64,000 bases of DNA, from contig CAWIIP010000004.1 in the NCBI GenBank assembly GCA_963836235.1, positions 448,001 to 512,000 of the forward strand, written 5' to 3'. The notes under the pieces are model-generated. The model was not told where the DNA came from. It saw nothing but the letters and a program-made list of their open reading frames with translations, and made no database searches. Positions 27,445 through 38,319 of the stretch are shown piece by piece; positions within the stretch are counted from its first letter, which is position 1; each line of letters begins with the position of its first letter. This DNA comes from an uncultured Pseudomonadota bacterium (GTDB lineage Bacteria; Oederibacteriota; Muellerivitia; Muellerivitales; Muellerivitaceae). Made by a program: the position numbers and the translations under genes.

Positions 27445-29169
27445 ATGGCCTCGAATTCCCCTAACCCACAACCATCCCGAAGTCCCCGGGAAAACAAAAC
27501 GATAGAAAATTCCGGGGAAATTAATTTCAGGGAAATATTCCGTGTCTTGACTCACCACCAAAAACTCATCCTTGGGTGCACCCTATTTTGTTTTTTAGCT
27601 GGGGTGCTCTACGCTTTTTTATTCCCAAAAACCTATGAGGCCTTTACCACAGTCAAGGTGCCACAGTCCACTGAAGCCACCCAAAACGCCCTCCGTGAAA
27701 TGGCCGCCTTGTCACCCATGGGCGATGATTTAGAGACCTATCTACAATTGGCTCAGTCCAAGATCGTCGCGCAATATACCGTTGAAACCCTCGGCTTGAG
27801 ATCAAATCCCGAGTTTAAGGATGTGAATGACCAGGGTTTGATCTATATGCTTATGGGTGAGGTGCGTGTTTTCGACAACAAAGAATCCAATATCCTTACT
27901 ATTACGGCCGATACTCATGACCCCCAATCGGCTATGGATTTGGCCAATGCCTGGGCCCAAAATTTCATCCGGGTGAATTTGGAACTAAGCCGAAAAAGCG
28001 CCCAGACTAAGTACCAATTCATCGACGACCAACTCCAGGACATGAAGTCCAAATTGGAGGGGGATAAGGGCAATAAACAAAACTACCTGGACCCTTCCAA
28101 TGAGGCCGAATCGGACCAGCTGGTTTATAAGATGCTGCTTCAACAGGATCAAGCCGCGAAAATCGAAGCCAAGGGAGAGGATCCCGGCATCGTCGTGGTG
28201 GACCAAGCCACCCTTCCAGAAATGGCAATTAAACCCAGGAAGAAATTGGGATTGGTTTTAGGGCTGATCATTGGCCTGCTCCTGGGCGTTCAATCCGCAT
28301 TCCTGTTGGAAAAAATCCAAGACCGGGTCAAGTCCGAGGAGGACATCCAAAACGAAACGGGCTTGGTGCCTTTGGCACTTATTCCGAATTTTCGGATTAA
28401 AGAAGGAAAAACCCTTTTTTCGCCGGCCGAGAGGTTTTCGCCCAAGCATTTGATTGAAAACCGTGAATTCGACCATTCACCCTATCAGGAAAGCTTCAAC
28501 ATTTTTCGGACGAATTTGACTTTTTCCCAGGTCGATAAAAAACTTCAAGCGATTAGCGTTTTTTCGGCTAATCCAGAGGAAGGGAAGACCCTGGTCAATT
28601 CGGACTTGGCCTTGAGCCTTTCTCATACGGGTAAAAAAGTCCTCTTGATTGACGCGGACCTTCGGAAATCGTCTATCGGTATGATTTTCGGTATCAAGGT
28701 TCCATCAAATACGGGTTTGCCGATGTTGTTGGCGGGCAAAGGAAAAATCGCTGAAATGGCGGTGAAAAGCGAGTTTGAGAATCTTTGGCTGCTTCCTAAC
28801 AATGTCATTCCCCCTAACCCCTCCGAACTTTTGGGATCTGAAGCCATGAAGCATTTGATTCAGGAATTGAAAAAGCAATATGATTATATTATCATCGACG
28901 GCGCCCCCATTTTGCCCGTGACCGATTCGGTGGTGCTCTCCACGGCTCTGGATGGGATGGTCCTGATGGCCCGCTATAACCAAACCCGCCGAACTGAAGT
29001 CAATCGCGCTTTGCGGCTTCTGAGGGCCGTCAACGCGCCGCTTTTAGGAACGATATTAAATTGCGTGGATATGAAAAGCAGTCAATATGGATACTATGGA
29101 TATGGCTATGGATACGGAAGCGGTCCGACCAAAGGTGCTGACGACCCAACCGACACGAAGTTGGGTTGA
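27445..29169 (+). CDS. wzc: Polysaccharide co-polymerase / BY-kinase, copy 2
   Basis: SANPEEGKT, VLLIDADLRK, DYIIIDGAP, Tyr cluster YGYYGYGYGYG. Confidence 0.92.
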   Translation: MASNSPNPQPSRSPRENKTIENSGEINFREIFRVLTHHQKLILGCTLFCFLAGVLYAFLFPKTYEAFTTVKVPQSTEATQNALREMAALSPMGDDLETYLQLAQSKIVAQYTVETLGLRSNPEFKDVNDQGLIYMLMGEVRVFDNKESNILTITADTHDPQSAMDLANAWAQNFIRVNLELSRKSAQTKYQFIDDQLQDMKSKLEGDKGNKQNYLDPSNEAESDQLVYKMLLQQDQAAKIEAKGEDPGIVVVDQATLPEMAIKPRKKLGLVLGLIIGLLLGVQSAFLLEKIQDRVKSEEDIQNETGLVPLALIPNFRIKEGKTLFSPAERFSPKHLIENREFDHSPYQESFNIFRTNLTFSQVDKKLQAISVFSANPEEGKTLVNSDLALSLSHTGKKVLLIDADLRKSSIGMIFGIKVPSNTGLPMLLAGKGKIAEMAVKSEFENLWLLPNNVIPPNPSELLGSEAMKHLIQELKKQYDYIIIDGAPILPVTDSVVLSTALDGMVLMARYNQTRRTEVNRALRLLRAVNAPLLGTILNCVDMKSSQYGYYGYGYGYGSGPTKGADDPTDTKLG

Positions 29170-29183
29170 ACCGGAGGTAAGGA

Positions 29184-30803
29184 ATGGATAGTTTGAAATT
29201 ATCATTGCCTTTCCTATCGGCTTTGGTGGCGGGTTTTATCTTGACCCCGTTTTTCGCGAAGGCCGCGAAGAAATTCGGACTGATGGACAATCCGGGGCAC
29301 CGTAAGACCCACGCGAAACCCGTGGCTTACCTCGGCGGGGTGGCTGTTTTCGCGGCTTTGTCCTTCACTCTCGGACTCTTTTGGCTCTTCAGGGTTCACT
29401 CCTTTTACCTCTCCCCCGAAAATGAAAAAATCTTTTTAATCTTTTCCGCCAGCTTCGGAGTTTTCTTGGTGGGGCTTTGGGACGACGTCCTCCATATCCG
29501 GCCCCGAGACAAAGTCATCGGTCAATTGGTATTTGCCAGCCTTTTCGTCACATTTGGTTACAGATTCGAAACCCTCCAAGTTCCCGGGTTCCACCCGGTG
29601 GATCTAGGTATGGTTTCGATACCCTTTACGGTTTTTTGGATTCTATCCGTCATCAATGCTTTCAACATGATTGACGGTTTAGACGGCTTGGCGAGCACCG
29701 TCACGGCGGGCAGCCTTTTCCTACTCGGCGCGTCTTCGGCCATGATTGGAAATAGTGGAATCCTGATTTTGAGTTTGGCCGCGATGGGTTCGGTTCTGGG
29801 CTTTCTGCGATATAACTGGTCTCCGGCTAGTATTTATTTGGGGGACGCCGGCTCCAACGGCCTGGGCATGCTGTTAGCGGCTTCCCTGGTGGCGCTCGGC
29901 CAAAACAACTGTTGGTTTCCGGGGTCTTCTATTCCAGTCAAAGGGTTTGGGCAGCCTTTCCCTTATCAGGTTTTCGTTGTTACCCTTCTCGTCTCCTACC
30001 CCGCTTTGGAAATTCTACTTTCTGTTTTCCGGCGTCTTTTAAAGGGAAGGCCCATTTCCCGGGGAGACAAGGGACATATTCACCACCGTCTCCTCAATTT
30101 AGGCTGGGCCAAGCAGGGAGCTTGTTTGGCCGCCTTGGGCGTCACCTTCCTGATGGGTAGCGTGCCGGTGGCCCTATTGGCCCACCAATATGGAAAGGCG
30201 ACCTGGCTCTTGGCGGTTTCCAGCCTCTTCTTGGGGTTGGTTCTCTCCTTCCTTGGATTTTTAAATTTCTTGCTTCCCCACGTTGTGGCCCGCAATCGCC
30301 CCCATTTCCTGATCGCCAATAGCTTCATCGCGATGCAAAGAGGCAAGTTGGGTCTGGCGGGAAACCGGGAGGAAGTCCTGGCCCTTCTTAGCCAGACCTG
30401 CGCGGAGTTCGGGGTCCAGGGATTCAAAATCAACGTCAATTCCAACGGCCACGGCAACAGCCCCTGTCGTTACTCTTGGGAAAGGTCCCACGAGATGTCC
30501 CGGGAATATTTAAACTATCTTAAAACGGATATCGTGAAGGGGAATTTTGAGCATTTTAAGGAACAGCTGAGCTTGGAAGGGGGCAATTGCGACGCTTTTT
30601 GGATTTTCGAGCCCCACACCGAGGAAAGGGACCTTGATGTCGAATACCGGGTTCTAGTCAGCGAGTTTATGAAGGAAGCTATGGACCGTCTTTATGTTCT
30701 GAAAGGCAATAAAAGCGACAATCCCGTTGTCCAACTGAACGGACTTGCCCATGGTAAAGTCAGGTCGAGTCTTTTGAGCCGAAGGCACGCTAGGAAAAAT
30801 TGA
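29184..30803 (+). CDS. wecA: WecA/MraY-family initiating transferase with C-terminal extra domain, copy 2
   Basis: RKTH, GLWDD, NAFNMIDGLDGLA, YLGDAGS, HIHH; GGAGG Shine-Dalgarno. Confidence 0.88.
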   Translation: MDSLKLSLPFLSALVAGFILTPFFAKAAKKFGLMDNPGHRKTHAKPVAYLGGVAVFAALSFTLGLFWLFRVHSFYLSPENEKIFLIFSASFGVFLVGLWDDVLHIRPRDKVIGQLVFASLFVTFGYRFETLQVPGFHPVDLGMVSIPFTVFWILSVINAFNMIDGLDGLASTVTAGSLFLLGASSAMIGNSGILILSLAAMGSVLGFLRYNWSPASIYLGDAGSNGLGMLLAASLVALGQNNCWFPGSSIPVKGFGQPFPYQVFVVTLLVSYPALEILLSVFRRLLKGRPISRGDKGHIHHRLLNLGWAKQGACLAALGVTFLMGSVPVALLAHQYGKATWLLAVSSLFLGLVLSFLGFLNFLLPHVVARNRPHFLIANSFIAMQRGKLGLAGNREEVLALLSQTCAEFGVQGFKINVNSNGHGNSPCRYSWERSHEMSREYLNYLKTDIVKGNFEHFKEQLSLEGGNCDAFWIFEPHTEERDLDVEYRVLVSEFMKEAMDRLYVLKGNKSDNPVVQLNGLAHGKVRSSLLSRRHARKN

Positions 30804-31174
30804 GGTTTTAAACCTTTGGATTCGCTCTTTACTCCGAATTTCCCTGAAATGAACTATGGAAATTAATTAAGTGTAACTGTCGTTGGATTATCCCTTTCCA
30901 CTTCACGGCTAACCTTTTTTCACTTTTTCAGCGATTTCATTTTATACTTCGAAAGGGTTCGGCGATTTAAGGTTTTAGCCGCTTTGTGAAAAAGTGAAGA
31001 CTGAAACAAATCTCGCGGGGATTATAAAACCCCTGAGTTGGATTGGCGGAACTTTTCGAAAGCCCGATGGATGACCAGACCATCAGATGCCATAAAACTC
31101 TGCCGCTGTTGGAAAAATATTTTGTTTGAAATCTATTCGAGTGAAAAAAACGTCCGAGAACGAGAAACGAATAT

Positions 31175-31867
31175 ATGCCTAATCGGTTTAAATCCAATGA
31201 TTCCCCCGTGAAAGCGATAAACGAAACGCAAGCATTGGAATATTTCAGCCAAACCAGGCCTGAAATGTTGCCCTTTGTGCCAAGTGACGCGAAGAAAATA
31301 ATCGATATTGGGTGCAGCGAAGGCAAGTTTGGGAGAACGGTCAGGGAAAGAAATAAAGCTGTTGTTTGGGGCGTGGAAATGAATCCCAGGGCCGCGATGG
31401 AGGCTCGAAAAAATCTTAGCAAGGTGTTTGTGGGGGATATTCAAATCGCCTTAAAAAAAATTCCGAAAGCTAATTTTGATTGCGCTATTTTTAACGATGT
31501 CCTGGAACATCTGCCTTACCCTGAAAAGGTATTGGAACAAATAAAGGACAAGTTAATCCCGGGCGGTTGGATCGTCTGCTCCATTCCCAACATATTGCAT
31601 GTTTCGATTCTCAAGGGAATGCTCATTGATAGGGATTGGAAATATGCCCCATCCGGAATTCTTGACCGAACTCATCTGAGGTTTTTTACCCATAAATCAC
31701 TTCGAAGAATGTTCGGCAATTTGGGATATTCGATCGAACAAATAAAGGGCATTAATCCGAGCCGTTCAAAGAAGTTCGTTCTTTTCAATCTCTTAACACT
31801 TGGGCTTTTTCAAGAAACGCAATACCAGCAATATGCCTGTGTCGTTAGAACCCCGCTCTTGAAATAG
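31175..31867 (+). CDS. Class I SAM-dependent methyltransferase
   Basis: IIDIGCSEG, FNDVLEHL, SIPN, GILDRTHLRFFT. Confidence 0.88.
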   Translation: MPNRFKSNDSPVKAINETQALEYFSQTRPEMLPFVPSDAKKIIDIGCSEGKFGRTVRERNKAVVWGVEMNPRAAMEARKNLSKVFVGDIQIALKKIPKANFDCAIFNDVLEHLPYPEKVLEQIKDKLIPGGWIVCSIPNILHVSILKGMLIDRDWKYAPSGILDRTHLRFFTHKSLRRMFGNLGYSIEQIKGINPSRSKKFVLFNLLTLGLFQETQYQQYACVVRTPLLK

Positions 31868-31947
31868 CGCGAAGATTGAAGGTCTGCTCCGAGTCTTTCG
31901 GCAAAAAGGCTTTAATATCGCAATTGGAATGGTTAAATCGAAAATTC

Positions 31948-33492
31948 ATGAAAAATAAATTCAATGCCAACTTGGAAAGCACTTTGAACGAAAACAACTT
32001 GACGGGTCGTTTTCTCATGGGGAATGTTTTTTGGAATCTTTTCGGGCAGTTAATTCCGGCCATTTTTATGCTGCTTTTGACCCCATTGCTTATAAGAGGC
32101 ATGGGTGAAGACCGTTTCGGGATATTAGCTTTAGCCTGGGCAACGGTCGGCTATTTTAGCTTTTTTGATTTGGGGTTGGGGTCTGCTGTCACCCAATTAG
32201 TGGCGGACGGAATCGCCCGAAAGGAAGAAGTTAAGGCTTATAAGTATGTTTGGAACGCTTTTTGGGTACTTACTTTTTCGGGCGTGGTCGCGGGCGTGTT
32301 GCTTTTCCTTTCAAGCCCTTTGATCGTAAGTCATTTATTAAAGGTGGACACGGGCTTTCAAAATGAAGGCTTAAGAGCTTTTCGGGTTATGGCCTTTGGG
32401 CTTCCGCTGGTGATGATGTCCAATGTTCTCAATGGGGTATTAACCGCCCACCATTGGTTTAAAGCCATCAATCTGGTGGCTATTCCGCAGGGAATTTTGA
32501 ACCTTCTGGGGCCTCTTCTTGTTTTAACTTATACGAAAGACCTGGGTTGGATTGTTTTTTCACTTGTCCTTGTGAGGTTTATAGGCATGCTTTGTTACGG
32601 GTATTTTTGTTTTGCTTGGATTCCCGGGTTGAAAAGCCCCGTTTTTGCCGATAGAAACACCCTTAAACGTCTGTTGGGTTTTGGCGGGTGGATGACTATT
32701 GAAAACATCATAGGGCCCACCATGGTCACATTTGATCGATACGTGATAGCTTCCATGGTTTCCATCGCCGCGGTCACTTACTATGTTGTTCCGTACCAAG
32801 TTATTACTAAACTTTGGCTTTTATCGGCTGCCGTTATGAAGGTGCTTTTTCCCGCCTTTTCCGCGAGCCACCAAGCTGACCCCACAAAGGCCCAAAATCT
32901 TTATAAAACCAGTATTAAATATTTGTTTTTAATCATTTTTATTCCCGCTTTTTTCGCGGTCGTTTGGGCGCCTAATCTTTTAAACCTTTGGCTGGGCAAG
33001 GATTTTTCGAATCATAGCTACATGGTCATGCAGATCCTTGGTGTTGGTATTTTCGTTAATGTCCCGGCCCAAGTCATTTTCGCTTATTTGCAGGGCATGG
33101 GAAGGCCGGATCTGATTGTAAAAAGGCTATTGTTTGAAATGCTGGCCTATTATCTTCTTTTAGTCATCTTGCTTAATTGGCTGGGAATAGTGGGCGCGGC
33201 TTGGGCTTGGGCGGGGAGAATTTTGCTTGATGATTTGTTGCTTTTTGGGATTTTGGAAAAACAAATAAAGCCACTCAAGATTTTTCACCGGCAGCTATGG
33301 ATGTGGTTGATTTTCGTGGTTGTCGTTTCAACCGTTTCCGCTTTGGTCCCCGGTTTTTTATTACGGACCGCGGTAGGAGTTTTTTGTTTGACGGTTACCA
33401 GCGCCTTAATCTGGTTTAAGTTGTATGAGGCGAGAGACCGGACGGCCCTTATTCAAAATATGACGAACATTTTGAAGGAATTTAAAACTTAA
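31948..33492 (+). CDS. wzx: Oligosaccharide flippase, cassette 2
   Basis: MGEDRFGIL, FDLGLG.AVT, FGGWM, DRYVI, LFPAFS; about 14 TM; start moved to ATG 31948. Confidence 0.85.
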   Translation: MKNKFNANLESTLNENNLTGRFLMGNVFWNLFGQLIPAIFMLLLTPLLIRGMGEDRFGILALAWATVGYFSFFDLGLGSAVTQLVADGIARKEEVKAYKYVWNAFWVLTFSGVVAGVLLFLSSPLIVSHLLKVDTGFQNEGLRAFRVMAFGLPLVMMSNVLNGVLTAHHWFKAINLVAIPQGILNLLGPLLVLTYTKDLGWIVFSLVLVRFIGMLCYGYFCFAWIPGLKSPVFADRNTLKRLLGFGGWMTIENIIGPTMVTFDRYVIASMVSIAAVTYYVVPYQVITKLWLLSAAVMKVLFPAFSASHQADPTKAQNLYKTSIKYLFLIIFIPAFFAVVWAPNLLNLWLGKDFSNHSYMVMQILGVGIFVNVPAQVIFAYLQGMGRPDLIVKRLLFEMLAYYLLLVILLNWLGIVGAAWAWAGRILLDDLLLFGILEKQIKPLKIFHRQLWMWLIFVVVVSTVSALVPGFLLRTAVGVFCLTVTSALIWFKLYEARDRTALIQNMTNILKEFKT

Positions 33493-33570
33493 GGCTTTCT
33501 CTTAAAAGATCCAATACTAAGAAAAGAAAGCCTGGGCTTATTCAAGAAAGGCTATAAATTGGGGCGCGCC

Positions 33571-34365
33571 ATGCCGAAAGAGACCTGTTTAATATTGACT
33601 GCCACCATTGATCCCGATGGTATGGATCAGTTGGTCATAACAAATCCCGAAATACGACTTCGGCAATACAGAGAGGCATTTCGTCTATTTCTCCTTGATG
33701 AGGCGGTAAATCGGATTGTTTTTTGCGAGAACAGCGGGCATGACCTAAAGGAATTGCGGCAAGCGGCTTCATCGCATAGCCGGCCCGGGTTGGAAATTGA
33801 ATTTCTGAGTTTTAAAAGCCCGAAATTTCCCCGCCGATTAGGCAAAGGCTACGGAGAGATGTTGATACTTACCACGGCTTTCAAACGGTCGCGGCTGATT
33901 CGATCCTCCGAATGGTTCGTCAAATGCACCGGCCGGCTTCATGTCCGGAATTTTGAGCGGTTTGTACAATTCTTCGCGAAACAGGATAGGCCGGATGTTT
34001 CCTCTGATTTGTCCGCCAATTTGGCTTTCGCGGACTCAAGGTTTTTCTTTTTTAAAAGGCCCTTTTTCCAAAAACTAAGTGGATATCAAAATTGGCTTGA
34101 TGACAGCCGGGGCCAATTTTTTGAGCATGCCCTCGCCCGGACGGTCCATCAAGAGATCGCCACGGGAGGGCGATGGGAACCCTTGCCCTGGTTACCCCGT
34201 ATAAAGGGTTTTTCCGCCACGAAGGGAGGCGTTTATAAATCTAATGCCTTTTCTTATTGGCCACGGGAAATGCGTTATCAGATCAAGCGTTGGGCCTATG
34301 GGATTTCCCCCTATGGAAAATCCTATTCTTTTTGGCCTGAAAATCCGGAAAAACTAACTAAATAG
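33571..34365 (+). CDS. Conserved polysaccharide-locus protein, possibly GT-A fold
   Basis: LILTATI.P, RL.QY, IVFCENSG, GKGYGE, VKCTGR, ADSRFF, FEH.LA. Confidence 0.55.
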   Translation: MPKETCLILTATIDPDGMDQLVITNPEIRLRQYREAFRLFLLDEAVNRIVFCENSGHDLKELRQAASSHSRPGLEIEFLSFKSPKFPRRLGKGYGEMLILTTAFKRSRLIRSSEWFVKCTGRLHVRNFERFVQFFAKQDRPDVSSDLSANLAFADSRFFFFKRPFFQKLSGYQNWLDDSRGQFFEHALARTVHQEIATGGRWEPLPWLPRIKGFSATKGGVYKSNAFSYWPREMRYQIKRWAYGISPYGKSYSFWPENPEKLTK

Positions 34366-34560
34366 TAGAACCCAGGATTAGAGAATTTATAATGCCTTTC
34401 GTTAATCCCTAGGATTCTTTGGCGAACCTTAGATTCAAAGAAAAAATAATAAAGGTGTTGTGGCTGTGGAGATTTTGGGCGAATGTAGGAGCCTCTTCTT
34501 TAAACTTCCGCAAGGTTTAGTTTGATAGCTACTGGTACAAACATTTTCACTGGATAATAA

Positions 34561-35718
34561 ATGGCCTTATACCTCCTATTCTTGCTGCCCGCTTTTTTGA
34601 CCTTGTTTTTGAGTTCGCGGATGGATTCGTTTCGTCTTTTCTGGATTTGGTCATTCATGTCCGTCCTACTTTGCTTATTGGCCCCGAATGGCAGCCAGGA
34701 TTTTAAAAATTACGTTATCGATTACGATTTCGTGAAAAACTTCACCCTGGATAAGGTGGTGACCAAAGACCCGTTGTTCTCTTTGACTACCTATTTTTTT
34801 TCCAGTTCCGGCGTACCGGCGAGTTTTTTTTTATTGAGCCTGGCATGCCTTGCCTTGGGATTGAAATTGGGAGTGGTATCCCAATTGAGCCGCCACTCAC
34901 CTTACGCGATCATTTTTTATGTTTCGTCCTATTTTTTTCTCCATGAATTCACCGAAATAAGAGTCGCTATCGCGATTGGATTCTGGATGTTGGGCTTGCC
35001 TTATTTGATCTCGAACAAGCGAATTTATTATGGGATGGTCTTTTTGGCCATGTTGATTCACTTGCAGGTCGCTGTCGCCGTTCTGATTCCTTTGATGCAG
35101 TATTTATTTTCCACCAAAAGAGGAAGGGTTATCCTTCTGTTTTTGGCCCTTGGGATGATTTTACTGTCACCGACCATGATTTTTGATAGTTTTGGTAAAA
35201 CCCTTCTGGGGCATATTCCAGACGCCCGCGCGGGTGTCTATTTAAAAATGAGCAATCAAGGAATTTGGGTCCGCCCCAACCCTTTTAGCGTCGTATCCCT
35301 TCTGGCGATTGTAACCGCGGGGTTCATTTTCCGAAAACATTGGGAAGAAAGTGCTGGGTTTTGGCGTAATAACTTCGAAATTACCTGTGCGATCAGCCTT
35401 TTGACCGGTGTTTTGTGCCTGGCGTTATTTTCCTCGGTTTCCGTCGCGGCCCTTCGATTAAGCGAATTCTTTTTTTCCTTGCTTCCCATCGCCCTATCCT
35501 TCGCGTTGAACGACCTCAAAAATAAGTTTATCCGGTTAGAGGTTGTCCTGTTATTAACGGCTGTTTTTTCTTTTATTTTCATTTATCACTCGCCTCTTTT
35601 GATCGAACCGGATGGTGTGGGGAATAGCCCGGGGGTATTCTTCTTATGGTTTGTTTTTCTACTTTTGACCCTTGTCCCTTATCCCTCCATCTTCCGTCAG
35701 CAAAAAAAAACGGTTTGA
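34561..35718 (+). CDS. wzy: EpsG/Wzy-family polymerase
   Basis: Multi-TM; DF.NY...Y, DPLF, HEFTEIRVAIAI, IH, RLSEFF. Confidence 0.72.
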   Translation: MALYLLFLLPAFLTLFLSSRMDSFRLFWIWSFMSVLLCLLAPNGSQDFKNYVIDYDFVKNFTLDKVVTKDPLFSLTTYFFSSSGVPASFFLLSLACLALGLKLGVVSQLSRHSPYAIIFYVSSYFFLHEFTEIRVAIAIGFWMLGLPYLISNKRIYYGMVFLAMLIHLQVAVAVLIPLMQYLFSTKRGRVILLFLALGMILLSPTMIFDSFGKTLLGHIPDARAGVYLKMSNQGIWVRPNPFSVVSLLAIVTAGFIFRKHWEESAGFWRNNFEITCAISLLTGVLCLALFSSVSVAALRLSEFFFSLLPIALSFALNDLKNKFIRLEVVLLLTAVFSFIFIYHSPLLIEPDGVGNSPGVFFLWFVFLLLTLVPYPSIFRQQKKTV

Positions 35719-35811
35719 TGGCTATGTGTTTTGGCGTCGCTTAGTATTTAAAGTTAATTTGGAATTTGAGGAAGTTGGCGCTTGTCCGGGAAAAACGCGT
35801 TAAAGGAAGAC

Positions 35812-36564
35812 ATGAAACGTTCCAGCGGGCCGATCTTATCCTTTGTTCTTGCCATCAAAGATCCCATCGAAGCCCAATTCGATGCCTGCGTTTGTTCCAT
35901 GGCGGCATTAAAAAACTCGTCCCGTTTTGATTTAATCGTCGTATCGGCCGGAACAACCCCCAAAATCAACCCGACGGTTAAGAAAAGATTGCATAAGGTA
36001 ACGGTAATTCGGCAAAGGCCTGAGGGTGTTTACTCCGCCTACAACAAAGGGCTGGATTACGTCAAAACCGATTATGTCATGGTCATTGGGTGTGACGATC
36101 TCCTATTGCCCGGACTTGACGATGTGATTGACGCGATCCCACAGGATAGAAAGCCTCACCTGATAGCCGCCTGTTCCTTGATGCAAAACGTCGGAATTTC
36201 AAGGCCCAGCCGCTTTAGGTGGGGGTTGGTATTCCGGAATTGGTGCCAGCAAGGATTGCTCTACCGGTCCGATGTTTTTAAACATAAACGTTTCGATCCA
36301 AAGTATAAAATACAATCCGACCATAAATTCAACATGGAACTGGTGTCGGATGCCCGGACGGAGATTCTCCGGCGGCCTGAAATTGTCGTCCATTTTTCCC
36401 ACCAGGGTTTATCTTCCTCCATTGATTGGGCTTTCATGAAAGACATGCCATCCATCGTGCGTTCCTGCTATGGGAATTTTTTCTGGATGGCCGCCTTGAT
36501 GAAAAGGACGCTTGGCAATCTCGTCAAAGGGCGGTCCATGCCTAACATGAAGTCTTCCGCTTAA
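35812..36564 (+). CDS. GT2 glycosyltransferase
   Basis: GVYSAYNKGL, VIGCDD, CQQGLLY, FDPKYKIQSD; start moved to ATG 35812. Confidence 0.8.
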   Translation: MKRSSGPILSFVLAIKDPIEAQFDACVCSMAALKNSSRFDLIVVSAGTTPKINPTVKKRLHKVTVIRQRPEGVYSAYNKGLDYVKTDYVMVIGCDDLLLPGLDDVIDAIPQDRKPHLIAACSLMQNVGISRPSRFRWGLVFRNWCQQGLLYRSDVFKHKRFDPKYKIQSDHKFNMELVSDARTEILRRPEIVVHFSHQGLSSSIDWAFMKDMPSIVRSCYGNFFWMAALMKRTLGNLVKGRSMPNMKSSA

Positions 36565-36660
36565 AACCCTTTTTAGAATGGGGCGGTTTATCGAAAAGAA
36601 TATGGCCTTTATTGGCGGGCTAAAACGCAGGGCAGCTCGCCATCGAAAAGTGAAAACTCA

Positions 36661-37395
36661 ATGAAAACAAGCGTTTGCATGGCGGTTTATAACGGTTCCG
36701 AGTTCTTGAAAGAACAGTTGACCTCCATTTTAAGACAGATTAAAAAATCGGATGAAGTCGTCATCGTGAACGACGCGTCCCGGGATCATTCCTGGCAGGT
36801 TATCGAAAAGATAGGGGATAAAAGAATAAGATTGTTCCATAATCCCGTAAATTTGGGGCTCATTCGAAGTTTTGAACGGGCCATAGCCCTTGCGGACGGC
36901 GATATCTTGTTTTTATCGGATCAGGATGATGTATGGCTTAAGGGAAAAGTTTCCAAAACACTCGAGGTCTTTAAGCGCTTTAAGCCCCTTGTGGTAGTAT
37001 CGGATGCCGTTCTGGTGGACGCCCAAAAAAAAGTGATCGAAAAATCCTTTTTTTCCATGAGAAATAGTGGCCCCGGAGTTTTCAAAAATATTTATAAAAA
37101 TACCTATATCGGCGCTTGCATGGCTTTTGATTCTAAGGTGAAAGAGTGGATATTGCCCTTCCCTAAAACCATTACGATGCACGATGAGTGGGTGGGAGTT
37201 ACTTGTAATTTTGTGGGCAAGGTTTTCTTTTTTAAAGAACCTCTGATTTATTACCGCCGGCATTTAGGGACTGTGACCAAGGAAAGACGGCTTAAAATGA
37301 ATAAAGTTGTCTTGAATCGAATCAAGTTCTTGATGGCTTTTTTCCAAAGATCGTTGAAACTATTAAAGTGGCGTTGGAAAACTCATCAAGCTTGA
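36661..37395 (+). CDS. GT2 glycosyltransferase (rhamnosyltransferase-like)
   Basis: SVCMAVYNG, DDAS-like VNDASRD, FLSDQDDVW, GACMAF, HDEW, YRRH. Confidence 0.88.
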   Translation: MKTSVCMAVYNGSEFLKEQLTSILRQIKKSDEVVIVNDASRDHSWQVIEKIGDKRIRLFHNPVNLGLIRSFERAIALADGDILFLSDQDDVWLKGKVSKTLEVFKRFKPLVVVSDAVLVDAQKKVIEKSFFSMRNSGPGVFKNIYKNTYIGACMAFDSKVKEWILPFPKTITMHDEWVGVTCNFVGKVFFFKEPLIYYRRHLGTVTKERRLKMNKVVLNRIKFLMAFFQRSLKLLKWRWKTHQA

Positions 37396-37409
37396 AATGT
37401 TTTTAAACA

Positions 37410-38252
37410 ATGCCTCAAAAACAAGTAAATGGATTCACTTCTATGGACGCACTGGTCGATGTAGGGATTATCTTTACCTATGAACGGAATTTCCTAGTTC
37501 CGCTTTTAAAAAGCCTTCCTGGGGCTTGCGGAAGCACACCGTCGCGCCTGATTCTCGTCGACAACAACTCGGGCGCGGATTTGTCCGAGTATGTGACGAT
37601 GGCGCATCCGATTCCGGTTAAAGTTGTTAAAAATCCAGCCCGCCTCAATTATTCCAAAAACCTCAACGTGATCCTCAATAACTCTGACGCTCCATATGTC
37701 TTACTCATGAACACGGACATGCTGTTCGTGGAAGGGGACCCCTGCTTGGACAAAATGGTCCGCTTTATGGAATCCCACCCGGATTGTGGCCTTTCCTGCT
37801 GCCGCCTCATCGGAAAAGAAGGCCAGTTTATGTGGCCCGCCAGGAGATACCAAACACTGGGCACGGTTTTGTCTCGAAGGCTTCCTTTCTTTTTTAACAG
37901 CGAAAAGAGAGTGACCGAATATCTTTACCAACATATGGACCAAAAGGATAGTTTCGATTGTGACTGGGTTTCGGGCTGTTTCATGATGGTGCGGAGAAAG
38001 GCCTTCGAGCAAATCGGACCGGTCGACGAAAAATTCCAGAAATACTTTGAGGACGTGGATTATTGCGCCCGAATGTGGGCCGCGGGCTGGAAAGTGGCCT
38101 ATCACGGGGAAACCACCTGTGTTCATTTGGAGCAAAGGGCCAGTAAGAACCTGTTTTCCAAGGACGCTTTCCACCATCTCAGGAGCTATTTCTATTTCCT
38201 GCTCAAGTGGGGTTTTCGAAAGTTAAAAGGGTCCGAAAATGAAAGATCCTAG
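37410..38252 (+). CDS. GT2 glycosyltransferase (WbbL-like)
   Basis: LVDNNS, LLMNTD, DWVSGCFMMVRR, YFEDVDYC.R. Confidence 0.88.
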   Translation: MPQKQVNGFTSMDALVDVGIIFTYERNFLVPLLKSLPGACGSTPSRLILVDNNSGADLSEYVTMAHPIPVKVVKNPARLNYSKNLNVILNNSDAPYVLLMNTDMLFVEGDPCLDKMVRFMESHPDCGLSCCRLIGKEGQFMWPARRYQTLGTVLSRRLPFFFNSEKRVTEYLYQHMDQKDSFDCDWVSGCFMMVRRKAFEQIGPVDEKFQKYFEDVDYCARMWAAGWKVAYHGETTCVHLEQRASKNLFSKDAFHHLRSYFYFLLKWGFRKLKGSENERS

Positions 38253-38319
38253 ACATTGGCGGGGACACCATGGATTTTGATTTCTTTCGGCTTTTCTTAA
38301 AGTTGAAGGAAAAATCGGA